DNA of 64,000 nt from Planctomycetaceae bacterium (GCA_005798335.1 SYJV01000175.1:3280-67279), one strand, 5' to 3'; shown: positions 1 through 10,001, numbered from the stretch's first letter. Made by a program: numbers and translations. The notes: generated by a model not told the origin, from the letters alone.

Positions 1-1044
1 CTACACTGAATGTATTCCAAACAATTGCGCAAATCGACTGGGCGTCTCAGATAAGACAAAAGATTGATTTTCGCTGGCCCCGTGCCCGCGCAGAAACTCG
101 TCTGCGGACATCTCTCGTTTGCCCGCCGGCTGAAGGCGGTTAACCAGCAGCAAGCTGCCCGAACACTGAACTGCCAACAGTCGTTGTCCAGCCTCTGGCC
201 AGTCCAAGTGCAGTTGCTTGGCCGAGGTCGCCCACACACTTCCAATATCGTGAGATATGGATTTCAAGTCGCAATCCAGGTCGCGAGCAGCTCGAATCAG
301 TAAGCGAATTGGTTTGGCGTTGCCCATTTTTAGATCTGCAAATGTTCCCGGCCAAGGCTGCAAAGCGCGAACTAAACGGGCCAGCACATCGGCAGGCAAA
401 CGGAAATCGAGCTGGCCATCACTTTTCGAAAAGCGCGGTGCTTTGGTAATCAGCGCGGCGTGTTGCGGTACGCCAATGCCGCTTACTCCGTCCCATGACT
501 GGAGAATCTGGATCGCTTGACAAGTTGCCTGGACGCCGAGTTGAGCCAAGCGAGCTTCTAACTGAGCGGCGTTCTCGTCTGGCAAGATCGGAGTCGTTGC
601 TGTCGCCAGAATCGGGCCACCATCAAGCTTGGGTGTCATATGAATGACGCTGACTCCAGTTTCGCGATCACCGGCCAACAGAGACCATTGAACCGGTGCA
701 GCTCCCCTGTGCTTTGGTAACAAGGAACCGTGCAAATTGATACCGCCCATGCCCGAACAAGCTAAACACTCGTGCGAGAGAATCTGGCCGTAATCGCACA
801 CGAAAAAGAGCTCAGCATCTGCCGCGCGCAGTCGCTGGAGACTGTCAGGAGCGTTGATGCTGGCCGGTTGAAACAATGGCAACTGATGATCAATCGCCCA
901 GTCCAGCATTGGAGCGGAAGGACGTTTCCCGGCCGATTCGACCAGCGGTTTAGTGACCACCAGTGCAATCTCGTGCGACAACTCTCGAATTTTCTCGGCA
1001 GAAGGGACCGCAAATGGCCCAGTTCCCATTACTACAATTCGCAT
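1..1044 (-). CDS. fmt: methionyl-tRNA formyltransferase
   Basis: ORF 1..1065(-) with its stop codon at 1-3. The likely start is ATG 1044 (MRIVVMGTGPFAVP). It carries a formyltransferase core motif (NLHGSLLPKHRGAAPVQW). It lies directly downstream of def, as in the canonical def-fmt pair. Confidence 0.9.
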   Translation of the reverse strand: MRIVVMGTGPFAVPSAEKIRELSHEIALVVTKPLVESAGKRPSAPMLDWAIDHQLPLFQPASINAPDSLQRLRAADAELFFVCDYGQILSHECLACSGMGGINLHGSLLPKHRGAAPVQWSLLAGDRETGVSVIHMTPKLDGGPILATATTPILPDENAAQLEARLAQLGVQATCQAIQILQSWDGVSGIGVPQHAALITKAPRFSKSDGQLDFRLPADVLARLVRALQPWPGTFADLKMGNAKPIRLLIRAARDLDCDLKSISHDIGSVWATSAKQLHLDWPEAGQRLLAVQCSGSLLLVNRLQPAGKREMSADEFLRGHGASENQSFVLSETPSRFAQLFGIHSV

Positions 1045-1199
1045 CGCGTTCACTTCCCTGCACACTACCAGATTCGTTTTACCCGCAGTCGCAGGCGAGG
1101 AAAAGTCAACTCCGCAAACAGCCCCATCATATTGTTGCGAGCAATATCAGCGAGTAAATCTAGTCGAACCACCACCAAACAATCTAATTGCCAAACAAT

Positions 1200-1808
1200 C
1201 TAACAGTAGCGGCTTTCCAAATCGCCAAGTCGTTTAGCGAGCGACTCGTTGGCGGGGATGGCTCCCGTTCTCTGGCGAGATTCGAAATCCACGACTAGTT
1301 CTGAAATTCCATCTTCCAGCTCGCGCAATGCGCCTTCACTAAGCCGATCAATAAATAACATACCGTTCAGGTGGTCAGTTTCGTGCTGGATAATGCGCGC
1401 TTCAAACCCTGTAAACTCCTGATCAACTTCTTTGCCCGTCAAGTCATATGCGTTGACGCGAATGGTCTTCGAGCGCACGACGTTGCCATAAATACCCGGC
1501 AGGCTGAGACAGCCTTCTTCATCTTCGTCATTGCCGCGTGGGCGGCTAACAACTGGATTGATGAAAACAGACTCTTGTCCTTCGCCACGTCGGCCACTGG
1601 GATTGACGATAAACAATCGCAAGGGAATGTTCACCTGAGTCGCCGCCAATCCCACGCCTCGATGCTCGTACATGAGATCGAACATCCGCGCGATAATGTT
1701 CCGCAATTCCACGTCGACTCGCCGAATCGCTTTTGCCTGATGGCGAAGTGACGGATGAGGATAAAGAACGATCGATAACTTTTCGATTTCCGCAGCAATA
1801 TCAAACAT
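1200..1808 (-). CDS. def: peptide deformylase
   Basis: 202 aa with the three deformylase motifs GVGLAATQ, EGCLSLPG and HETDHLNG. Confidence 0.93.
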   Translation of the reverse strand: MFDIAAEIEKLSIVLYPHPSLRHQAKAIRRVDVELRNIIARMFDLMYEHRGVGLAATQVNIPLRLFIVNPSGRRGEGQESVFINPVVSRPRGNDEDEEGCLSLPGIYGNVVRSKTIRVNAYDLTGKEVDQEFTGFEARIIQHETDHLNGMLFIDRLSEGALRELEDGISELVVDFESRQRTGAIPANESLAKRLGDLESRYC

Positions 1809-2096
1809 TCGAGTGTGCTATTTGAATTAAAGTCACATCAAAAAAGTTCGGGACATATTCGGGTAACACTTACCGCCCAAGCCAGACCGACTTAGGAAGT
1901 TGCTGATCGCAACAACCCATAACGGTCCCCTGTCCCCGACGCCTGTTTTCTAAACCCTATAGATTATCCTCATCGCTAGGCAATGAACAGGCACCCAGAA
2001 TTGGCATCGCGGTTCAGTGGAAGAGCGCCTAATGCAATCCGGCTTGTTGACCCACAACGATTGGAATGAGCCGGCAACTGATACATTGAACAGCTC

Positions 2097-5000
2097 TCAA
2101 AGTGCGCTGGTACGAGGCTGGTAAGCACGGTTTCCAAGGTTGCCGTATCGGTGGTAGTCAAAGCTGATACTCTGCTCCTGCACATACCACAGCAACTCAA
2201 CACGTCCATCCGCGGATACTGGATTGTCGGCGATGAAGATCAGTTGCTCGTTTGCAGCAGTACGAATTGCTTGGGGCACAGCTTGTGGGTTGGCATATCT
2301 TACCCGCTCGATTTCCCCTCGACGAATCAGAGTTGCCAGCCGCTCGTCTGTTTCGTCGATGAACTCAATGTCACCCGCAAACTCGTCCGTTATATTTTCA
2401 AGTAAATCCAAGGTGACTTGATGCACTCCGGGTGGGTGACTGACCACAACTCGGCTATCAACCGCAATTCCGGCGGCAATGCGCGCGAGAATACCCATCA
2501 CGCAGTCGGCTGGACTAACTCGAACCCGAACATGAGTCAGCGAAAGGTAGCGTCGAAGGTTATCTTGGCCAATCAATCGAAACGAATCGTGAGTCTGCAA
2601 AATCTCGTCGCGCGCAAATCGATCGTAACTGGTCAGCGCATTCCACAATCGATCCAGATCGCCTACGCTTATCTGACGACGCAGTTCTTTCGCATGGACG
2701 CTGTTGGTGTCGACAAGCTGATGCCAAAAGGAAGTCAACGCAATTGACTCCAATGCGGGTACTGACGAATTGGAGTCGGTTAAGAACAGTTCCTCCACTT
2801 GCTGTTCACTCACTCCTTTCACTGCAAGCCGCGGTCTTTTGTGCTGCTCGTGGATGGCATCATCAAATTCCCCAAACTTCATCAATGGGATCACGTAGTT
2901 CGGGCCACCAGCTTTTATGCCTGGGCCAAACGCGCTTTTACCAAAACCACCGAAGGGTTGTCGAAATACAATTGCTCCCGTGGTAGGTCGATTGATATAA
3001 AGATTGCCGGCGCGAATGCGTTCCAACCAAAACTCTTGTTCGCGATCATCGAGGCTCTCTAAGCCGCTGGTCAAGCCAAATCCGGTCTGGTGGACCAATT
3101 GAATGGCTTCGTGCAACGAACGAAAGGACATTACTCCTAACACAGGCCCGAACAATTCGGTCATATGTGTGAAACTGCCCGCTTGCACATTCCACTTCAA
3201 TCCTGGCGAATACAAGTTGTGAATGTTGTAACGACATTCTGGCATCAGCGACCAACTTTCACCAGGTTCCAACTCCTTCAATCCGCGCAGCAATGGACCG
3301 CTAGGTGGCCGAATCAGTGGACCGATTCTAGTACCTAGATTCCACGCTGAACCAACCTGCATACTACTGAGAGCGTCGACCAGGGCATCTTGAAATTTTG
3401 AATCGTGATAAACTTCGTCGTCTAACAGCAATAGACTGGTAGCGCTACATTTCTGACCAGAATGAGAAAACGCAGATTGGAGTACGTGCTTGATCGCCAA
3501 CTCGCGATCGCTGAGGCTGGTGATGATTGTCGCGTTCTTGCCGCCGGTTTCCGCATAAAGTCGCAAACCAGGTCGCGCTGCTAAAATATTTCGCGCAGTT
3601 TCCGTGCCGCCGGTCAGAATTACTGCATCGATCGCTGGGTTGGCCAACAGATATTTGCCTGCCATCGTCCCCGAGCACGCGACCAATTGCAGGGCCTCTT
3701 TCGGAACACCGGCTTTCCAAAAGCACTCACAGATTATTCTGGCAGGTAGCACTGTGTCGGACGCCGGTTTCAGAATCACTCGATTTCCCGCCGACAATGC
3801 CGCGGCAATACCGCCGCAGGGAATCGCAATTGGAAAATTCCAAGGGCTGACAACGACCACCAATCCCAGCGAAGCGCATCGCCCGGCCCGTTCAGCGAAG
3901 TTTTGATCGACAAGCAATTCGTACGCGGTGCGCGCGTAATACTCGACAAAATCGATGGCCTCGCTAACCTCTGGATCGCTTTCTAGAACTGTCTTGCCGC
4001 CATCCGCCAGCGCCGCTCCAATCAAGTCTGCTCGTCGATGACGAATTTCCTCTGCCACGCGGCGCAGAATGGCATAACGTGAGTCCGGTTCAAGAGTACT
4101 CCAGCTCGACCGATCAGCCATTGCGCACTCGACCGAACGTTGTAATTGCTCTTCGTCCGCTTGCCGGTAACGCGCCACAATGACACCAGGACGCGATGGG
4201 TCGGACGATTCGAAAATCGGTCCTGCGCCAGGTTGATCGCGGCCATCGATCGAGAGCAAGATTTCTGTCGCGCGCTGGTCGCATCGATCTTGCCAATCGC
4301 GAACAATTTGCTGCGCCCATAGCGCATGGTGCGGCAGCGCAAAATCTGTATCTGGTTCATTGATGAACGCAGGTAAAGATTCCATTTGGTCGGCGAGTGT
4401 CCAACACTGCGGCAGCTCGCTTGGCAACAAAGTCAAAGAGGTGGCTGACGTTTCGAGGCGGCGATCCTGCGTTCGACGCGGCGCGCTCGATACTGCTGGA
4501 AGTAGTTCAACGGACTGCAAAAAAATTTGCTCCAATTGACGCCACTGAGGGCTGTCGACTGTGATCTTGAAAGCGTGTTTCAAGAAATTATCGGCGCCTG
4601 TGTTCTCATCCAATCGTCGAACGAGATAACCGATCGCATGGATGAAGTCCTCTTTTCGACATGCAGGAGCATACAGCAGGATTGGTACCTGACACTTATT
4701 TATCGAGCGATACTTAGCAACAGTTGGTTCACGGAGCGAACCATGACTATTGCAAAATTCTCGCAGAGCGCGACGCTGATGGTTGGCCATCCCTTCGAGC
4801 ATTTCAAACTGAACTTGTTCGAGAACGCCGCGCTGGCTAGCCAGCACCAATGCGAATGCAACGTCGAACAAATTGTGGCTCGCAATACCCACGCGCACGC
4901 TTTGCAAGTTTTCGCGGTCGAGCCCATATGCGACCATCCGTTTGTAGTTAGCGTCTGTCTCGACTTTGGTTTTATAGGGAGCTTGTGGCCAGCCACGAAT

Positions 5001-5957
5001 TGAGGCCTCGGCGCGTTCCATTTCCATATTCGCGCCTTTGACGATGCGAATCGTCACCGGACTGCCTCCACGACCGGTTCGCTGTTTGGCCCATTGGGTG
5101 ATTCGCCGTTGTACGAAGAAACTGTCGGGAATATAAGCCTGCAATGCGATTCCCGCGCGCACAAATTCCAAACCTGGTCGCTCGAGGGTGGACACGAAGA
5201 CTTCAGCCGTCAACTCCATATCGCGATACTCTTCCATATCGAGATACAAGAATTTGGACGACTCAGTTGCTGCGTTTCGTCGATACTGATAGCGCGCCGC
5301 AGCACGATACAACAGCTCCAACCGATCGCTCAGAATTTTCAGAGTGTTTTCGCGATCGATCGTCGAGATTTGCGAATACAAGGTGGAAATTTTTACCGAG
5401 ATACACTCGATTTCTGGCAGTTGCAACGCCGCTAGGAGCCCATCCAGTCGGTGTCGCGCTTCACGTTCGCCGAGCACACAATCGCCGAGGAAATTTACAT
5501 TCATGCGTACGCCCTCAGCTCGACGCGAGTTCAAGTGTTCTCGCAGCACTTCTGGCTCAGCAGGCAGAATGACGTTTGCAGTCTCCTGGCGCATTTTTTC
5601 TTTCACCAAGGGCACCGCTACCCCCGGCAAGTAACTCCCGAATGATTGGAAGCCTTTGAGCAATGTCTGATCCATCGGACTAAAGAACCTCGGCACACCT
5701 TGAATGTCGAGAATGTGAATCAGTTGATCAACGGCCCGATGCGACGACTGGCTGCGAAACGCTTGATCGGTCAACTGGGTCAAGGTCGCTTTGTCTTGCG
5801 GATGCTGAATCATGCGATCCAGTTCCGCCTGCTGTCGACGCTCTGCTGGAGTTTGCAACTGCGATGCACGAGCCTGAATCACTCTTGCCAGTCCAATCGC
5901 CTCGCGTGCCGCCATCGTTAGACTGAATGACAGCGTATCTTCGGCAGGATCGTTCAT
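2097..5957 (-). CDS. putA: bifunctional proline dehydrogenase / L-glutamate gamma-semialdehyde dehydrogenase
   Basis: 1286 aa. An N-terminal proline dehydrogenase region is followed by aldehyde dehydrogenase motifs (VSPWNFP, ETGGKNA, GQKCSA with the catalytic Cys) and a long C-terminal domain. No N-terminal ribbon-helix-helix region is evident. Confidence 0.88.
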   Translation of the reverse strand: MNDPAEDTLSFSLTMAAREAIGLARVIQARASQLQTPAERRQQAELDRMIQHPQDKATLTQLTDQAFRSQSSHRAVDQLIHILDIQGVPRFFSPMDQTLLKGFQSFGSYLPGVAVPLVKEKMRQETANVILPAEPEVLREHLNSRRAEGVRMNVNFLGDCVLGEREARHRLDGLLAALQLPEIECISVKISTLYSQISTIDRENTLKILSDRLELLYRAAARYQYRRNAATESSKFLYLDMEEYRDMELTAEVFVSTLERPGLEFVRAGIALQAYIPDSFFVQRRITQWAKQRTGRGGSPVTIRIVKGANMEMERAEASIRGWPQAPYKTKVETDANYKRMVAYGLDRENLQSVRVGIASHNLFDVAFALVLASQRGVLEQVQFEMLEGMANHQRRALREFCNSHGSLREPTVAKYRSINKCQVPILLYAPACRKEDFIHAIGYLVRRLDENTGADNFLKHAFKITVDSPQWRQLEQIFLQSVELLPAVSSAPRRTQDRRLETSATSLTLLPSELPQCWTLADQMESLPAFINEPDTDFALPHHALWAQQIVRDWQDRCDQRATEILLSIDGRDQPGAGPIFESSDPSRPGVIVARYRQADEEQLQRSVECAMADRSSWSTLEPDSRYAILRRVAEEIRHRRADLIGAALADGGKTVLESDPEVSEAIDFVEYYARTAYELLVDQNFAERAGRCASLGLVVVVSPWNFPIAIPCGGIAAALSAGNRVILKPASDTVLPARIICECFWKAGVPKEALQLVACSGTMAGKYLLANPAIDAVILTGGTETARNILAARPGLRLYAETGGKNATIITSLSDRELAIKHVLQSAFSHSGQKCSATSLLLLDDEVYHDSKFQDALVDALSSMQVGSAWNLGTRIGPLIRPPSGPLLRGLKELEPGESWSLMPECRYNIHNLYSPGLKWNVQAGSFTHMTELFGPVLGVMSFRSLHEAIQLVHQTGFGLTSGLESLDDREQEFWLERIRAGNLYINRPTTGAIVFRQPFGGFGKSAFGPGIKAGGPNYVIPLMKFGEFDDAIHEQHKRPRLAVKGVSEQQVEELFLTDSNSSVPALESIALTSFWHQLVDTNSVHAKELRRQISVGDLDRLWNALTSYDRFARDEILQTHDSFRLIGQDNLRRYLSLTHVRVRVSPADCVMGILARIAAGIAVDSRVVVSHPPGVHQVTLDLLENITDEFAGDIEFIDETDERLATLIRRGEIERVRYANPQAVPQAIRTAANEQLIFIADNPVSADGRVELLWYVQEQSISFDYHRYGNLGNRAYQPRTSAL

Positions 5958-6017
5958 GGCAAATTCCTATTAATCCATGGCACAATTCGTACTCTATCAA
6001 TTCACAGCCATCGAGTG

Positions 6018-6156
6018 CTAAGGCGAGCGGCAGATGGGAATTTACCAAGGCCTCAGCGAATACAAGCCCGATGCGCAAGCGAGTGCGTCAATCCTGGCAT
6101 ACACTCGCTTGCGCTTCGGGCTTGTATTGGTAAGAAACCATCTGCCGCTCGCCTAA
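6018..6156. repeat. Hairpin repeat family A, full copy 1 (139 bp)
   Basis: Sequence ctaaggcgagcggcagatgg...ccatctgccgctcgcctaa. It has an outer ~17-bp stem and an inner 27-bp stem (aatacaagcccgaTgcgcaagcgagtg / cactcgcttgcgcTtcgggcttgtatt) around the loop cgtcaatcctggcata. It matches the copy at 13940..14078 at 138/139 positions. Confidence 0.9.
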
Positions 6157-6290
6157 GGGAACTGTTCCGTAAATCGACCAACGCTTACTCTCTGGGCCGC
6201 ATGTGCAATTGAGTTACCACGATGAGGCATTCGTCGTGTAGCAACTGCCGGCACTGTTTCGACAGTGGCAGGAATATACTCATGGGGCCG

Positions 6291-6347
6291 CGTCATTGCT
6301 TGCATAGGATATTGACAAGCCAGAAACCTATCCCACATTCGTTGAAC
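6291..6347. repeat. Degenerate right-half remnant of MITE family B
   Basis: cgtcattgcttgcataggatattgacaagccagaaacctatcccacattcgttgaac aligns to the right half of the 122-bp element at 57257..57378 with about 8 mismatches in 57. It lacks the terminal ggtattg. It abuts the stop codon (6347-6349) of the cyclase gene. Confidence 0.7.
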
Positions 6348-8212
6348 TACTTGCCTGGTAATTGGATAACGCCTTGCCAACCGCTGGGAGGTGTACGCTG
6401 GTGTTGCGCAATAAATACTGTCAAGAAGTCTTTCACGCGGTCTTCTGCAGGGACTTGATGTAGAAAGCGAAATGCCTCGGGCCAGCGTCCTTCGAGAAAA
6501 TGTTCCAACGCATTTTCGTAAGCTTCGATGTGCGCATCGGTCAGAAAACTGTCTTCGCCGCAAGGGGGCAGCAGTTCGCTGACCACCAGCGGCGTATTCA
6601 TCCCAAACGGTTGCACCTTCGCGACGCGACGAATTCGCAGAATGCTGGTGGGAACTTTTTCGCGTACCCAAGTCGCAGTGGGTTCGTCGACCAAGATCGA
6701 GGCTTGCAATTGTTTGGTCATCGTTTCCAAGCGCGCTGCGAGATTGACGACTGGACCAAACACCGTGACTTTGACTTGATCTGTGGTTCCGATGCGACCG
6801 GCGACGGCTGGCCCGGAGGATATGCCAATGCCGGCGCGAAAATCGGCTAGCGGATGCGCGCTCTGCTGAGCGGTTTTCTCAAACTCCGATCGAATCGCTA
6901 AAGCAGCTTGACACGCGTGCTGAATCGATTGTTGCTCTGCGATTGGCCAACCCCAGAACCCCATCGCTGCGTCACCATGAAAATCGCCGACGACACCACC
7001 GTTGCGCAGGATATGATGTGTCATTATGCCCAGCGCATCACTCACACGCTGTAGCAATTCCAGCAATCGATCCGCTGAATCTTCGCTGCGCTTGGAAAAC
7101 CCTCGCAGGTCGCAGAACATGACCGTTACATCGGTTTGCCTTGGCGATAATACTTGGTCGGGATCGCGCTGTGACAACGCCTCCAGCACCACTGGCGCGA
7201 AGAAGTGTCGCAAGCTATCTTGTCGACGTTGCAGCGATCGGATCTGCCGCAGTGCTCCCAAAGTAGTCCCCGTAAGTTCTGCGAACTTCAAATCGTCCTG
7301 TAACGCATCGACTTCATCGGCACCATCCGATGCCAGCATTTGTCCAGGAGCCGCGAAATCACCCGCGACGTAGATCGCCCACGCGGGACAAGCGTCTGAC
7401 AGGATCGGAGTACAAAACGCCCAATCGACGTTTTCACTTTGCGTGAACGACTCGCTACCAACTGCGCGATTCCAGATGTGCAAAACGCTTTCGCTGGTCT
7501 GTACTGCGCGGCGTACAAGCTGGCCGCTGGGAGTAAAATGATGTCCCGAAAGGGATCGGCAATCCCAATGCAAGATATCGAGACTGTCCGCGCTAGTCCG
7601 CGGGTCGGGACGTGTTTCCTTAACAATCTTGGACGCGCCCGAATCGCCGAGCACCACTTCGGCCAACTTTTCATCCGGATGCGACTTGAGTTTCACGATG
7701 GCCACAAAAGCAGCTTGCGGAATTCCTAGCAACATGACATTGACGATGCGCATGCACAGTTCTTCGTCACTGCTACTGCCGGCGATGATTTCAGGTAACT
7801 TGCCCAACACTTCAATACGCCGGTCGGCGTCGCGGTAGCGATTTTGGCGCAGCAGGTGGGCAGAAAATGTCTGCTCATTAAAAGCAGGCGAGATCTGCTG
7901 TGAGAAGTGAACTTGTTGGTCAACTAACGTAAACGTAGTCTGACCGATCACAAAGTGCTCGCCGATCTGGACCCCGAAGCGTTCTCGCTGCTGACCGCGA
8001 TAGAAGATTGCGTTGCGAGCCTCGGACAACTTCTGCACTACCAATTGATTACCATTCCAGCAAATCACTGCGTGTTTGCGCGAAATTCGATCGTCCCACA
8101 CTGTTGCCCACGGCTCCGCCGTTCGCCCTAATACGACTTCACCGCCAGTCGGAGGCAGCCCGCGTCGCCAGCGATCTTGAGGACGTGAGCCTTGGGCAAT
8201 CAAATCGGGCAT
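6347..8212 (-). CDS. FHA domain-containing class III adenylate/guanylate cyclase
   Basis: FHA-like N-terminus (VVLGRTAEPWATVWDDRISRKHAVICWNGNQLVVQKL), a central GAF-like region, and a C-terminal cyclase domain (VTVMFCDLRGFSKRSE, GDAAMGFWGWP, RAGIGISSGPAVAGRIGT, VFGPVVNLAARLE). The start is set to ATG 8212 (MPDLIAQG); the ORF extends to 8263. Confidence 0.82.
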   Translation of the reverse strand: MPDLIAQGSRPQDRWRRGLPPTGGEVVLGRTAEPWATVWDDRISRKHAVICWNGNQLVVQKLSEARNAIFYRGQQRERFGVQIGEHFVIGQTTFTLVDQQVHFSQQISPAFNEQTFSAHLLRQNRYRDADRRIEVLGKLPEIIAGSSSDEELCMRIVNVMLLGIPQAAFVAIVKLKSHPDEKLAEVVLGDSGASKIVKETRPDPRTSADSLDILHWDCRSLSGHHFTPSGQLVRRAVQTSESVLHIWNRAVGSESFTQSENVDWAFCTPILSDACPAWAIYVAGDFAAPGQMLASDGADEVDALQDDLKFAELTGTTLGALRQIRSLQRRQDSLRHFFAPVVLEALSQRDPDQVLSPRQTDVTVMFCDLRGFSKRSEDSADRLLELLQRVSDALGIMTHHILRNGGVVGDFHGDAAMGFWGWPIAEQQSIQHACQAALAIRSEFEKTAQQSAHPLADFRAGIGISSGPAVAGRIGTTDQVKVTVFGPVVNLAARLETMTKQLQASILVDEPTATWVREKVPTSILRIRRVAKVQPFGMNTPLVVSELLPPCGEDSFLTDAHIEAYENALEHFLEGRWPEAFRFLHQVPAEDRVKDFLTVFIAQHQRTPPSGWQGVIQLPGK

Positions 8213-8405
8213 AATCGTTGTAAGACCAAAGCAACAACAAACAGAGAAAGTTACGCTTTGCACAATTTTGGGGCGTCAATCCATCCAGCTTATTCCTTTT
8301 GAAGCATTAGAACAATCGTAGCAAATCGTCTTTGCCAGCATTGCGGAAGTTACACGATGGTTTCATGCAATCGCGACTGCCCAATCTTGCCCACCCAGAT
8401 AATGG

Positions 8406-9797
8406 CTATGAAGTTCGATGGTACTTTTCCGCACGAGTAAGAAACCCCCAACGCAATGGTTCGTCTTGCTCGTAGTTTTTTCCTAATGTCAACGCAGTGA
8501 GCGCTTTGGACATCTCGAAACCGAGATAGAACGCGTGCTCAGCATCAATGCGGTGGCCGACTGGCGAATTCAGTAGTTGTTGCAACAGCGCGAAGGGATT
8601 GTCCGAAATTAAATGGACTCCGGACGATACGGCGTGCACGTGATCGTCCTCGACGAATAAGCGAATGTTGTGATCGCGTATAGAATTGGCCAGTTGGTCA
8701 AAGGTGTTGTCAGGATACTTCAGCAGTTTTGGATCGCGGAGCATAACCAGGCGTTCTTCTAAGTGCTTAGGAGGAATTTTCCGCGTGCAAGCGTAGTGCA
8801 CCAAGCGCCGCGCTAGATCGCATTCTTGGACAGAACTGCGCGCCCAATTGATTACTTCGGTAGTCAGCACGCTAGCGATGCGCAGCTCTTCGCAGATTCC
8901 CAACAGCAGCACGTTGATGGCTGCAGAATCGGCATCGGTCAACTCGGTGATGTTGCCGATGCCCATCATCATTGGCAGTTCTGCGAACTGCGATCGACAT
9001 TCTATGTAGCGGCTGAGACTAGCTGCGAAGCCACAACCGATCGGCTCGAGAATGGGATCGATTCGCACTGGGACGCTGCGAGCGCACAAAAAATCGATTG
9101 TTTCGAAAAATTTTTTTTCTTCGTTTGGAACATCGGGAATCGCGACCACTTCGACTCCCCAGTCGATTGCCTGAGCGCGGTTAGAACTGTTTACCGATAG
9201 AACTAATTCTGCACCTGCGCGACAAGCGATTTGAACTTCTTGAGCATCGAATGAATCGATCGAAACTCGCAGCCCAACGTCGCGCAGCGCGCGCACCGCG
9301 TCACCTACTTCCAGCCATACTCGACCTGGTTCGCAACCGATATCGATTACATCGGCACCATCGTCGCGCAGTTGTTTTGCGCGTTTCAAAATCTGCTCGA
9401 TTGTCATGCGCGGAGCATGGTTGATCTCGGCAAGTATCTCGATGCGGTATTGCTGGTAGTCGATCAATGATTCGCTGTTTTTCCCAAAAAAACCAGGCAA
9501 TTCGCGAATGTCACGCGGCCCGCAGTCCACCGCGATGGGCACTTGAGAGCGTATCCATTCAAGGTCCTCTGCGAGATAACCAGGCAAGATCACGCGCGTC
9601 GCGCAGGATGGAATTTGGAGATGTCGCAACAGCCACTTGCCGGTCATCAAGGCCGCCACTGTGATCGGCATCACAGTGATCGTGTATTCGAAACCAACTT
9701 GAATGGATGTCCGCGCCACGATCTCGCGCACCGCGTCTTGCGCGAGTCGACCAGTGACGATTAGCAAGTGCTCGCCAACAGCATTGGTTGAGTTCAT
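8406..9797 (-). CDS. dihydropteroate synthase-like (pterin-binding) protein, of the type linked to tetrahydromethanopterin biosynthesis
   Basis: 463 aa. The central pterin-binding signature (DGADVIDIGCEPG...VSIDSFDAQEVQIACRAGAELVLSVN) is preceded by an N-terminal domain (LLIVTGRLAQDAVREIV...VMPITVAALMT) typical of the long DHPS-like proteins of methylotrophs and planctomycetes. The specific pathway assignment is an inference. Confidence 0.6.
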   Translation of the reverse strand: MNSTNAVGEHLLIVTGRLAQDAVREIVARTSIQVGFEYTITVMPITVAALMTGKWLLRHLQIPSCATRVILPGYLAEDLEWIRSQVPIAVDCGPRDIRELPGFFGKNSESLIDYQQYRIEILAEINHAPRMTIEQILKRAKQLRDDGADVIDIGCEPGRVWLEVGDAVRALRDVGLRVSIDSFDAQEVQIACRAGAELVLSVNSSNRAQAIDWGVEVVAIPDVPNEEKKFFETIDFLCARSVPVRIDPILEPIGCGFAASLSRYIECRSQFAELPMMMGIGNITELTDADSAAINVLLLGICEELRIASVLTTEVINWARSSVQECDLARRLVHYACTRKIPPKHLEERLVMLRDPKLLKYPDNTFDQLANSIRDHNIRLFVEDDHVHAVSSGVHLISDNPFALLQQLLNSPVGHRIDAEHAFYLGFEMSKALTALTLGKNYEQDEPLRWGFLTRAEKYHRTS

Positions 9798-9929
9798 TTT
9801 GATGTCAGTCAGAGTCTGTCGTTACAGGTTGAGTAAGCGGTTGGAGCGACTGCGAACGAGAAAAGTATGTCGCGAATTTTCAACTTCCATCTTGACCAAT
9901 TTTTACAAGCCACTAAAAAAAGAACTTGT

Positions 9930-10001
9930 AACGAGGAGTTCGTGGAAAAACAACTATCGTCCTTGTTGTTTTTCGTGGCCGGGACTCCTCGTTATTTTTT
10001 T
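9930..10001. other. Strong intergenic hairpin with flanking A- and T-runs
   Basis: aacgaggagt (9930-9939) pairs perfectly with actcctcgtt (9984-9993). An inner 10-bp stem pairs gaaaaacaac with gttgtttttc. It is followed by tattttttt on the + strand and preceded by ctaaaaaaag, which gives a T-run on the - strand. It lies between divergent genes, so it does not terminate any annotated gene. Confidence 0.5.

Noticed and set aside
5728-6078. ORFs beginning MRIGLVFAEALVNSHLPLAL (also at 13812..14000), which look like a duplicated small gene
   Set aside because: The shared 20 residues are encoded entirely by the family A hairpin repeat, and the sequences diverge immediately outside it. This is a repeat artefact, not a gene family.
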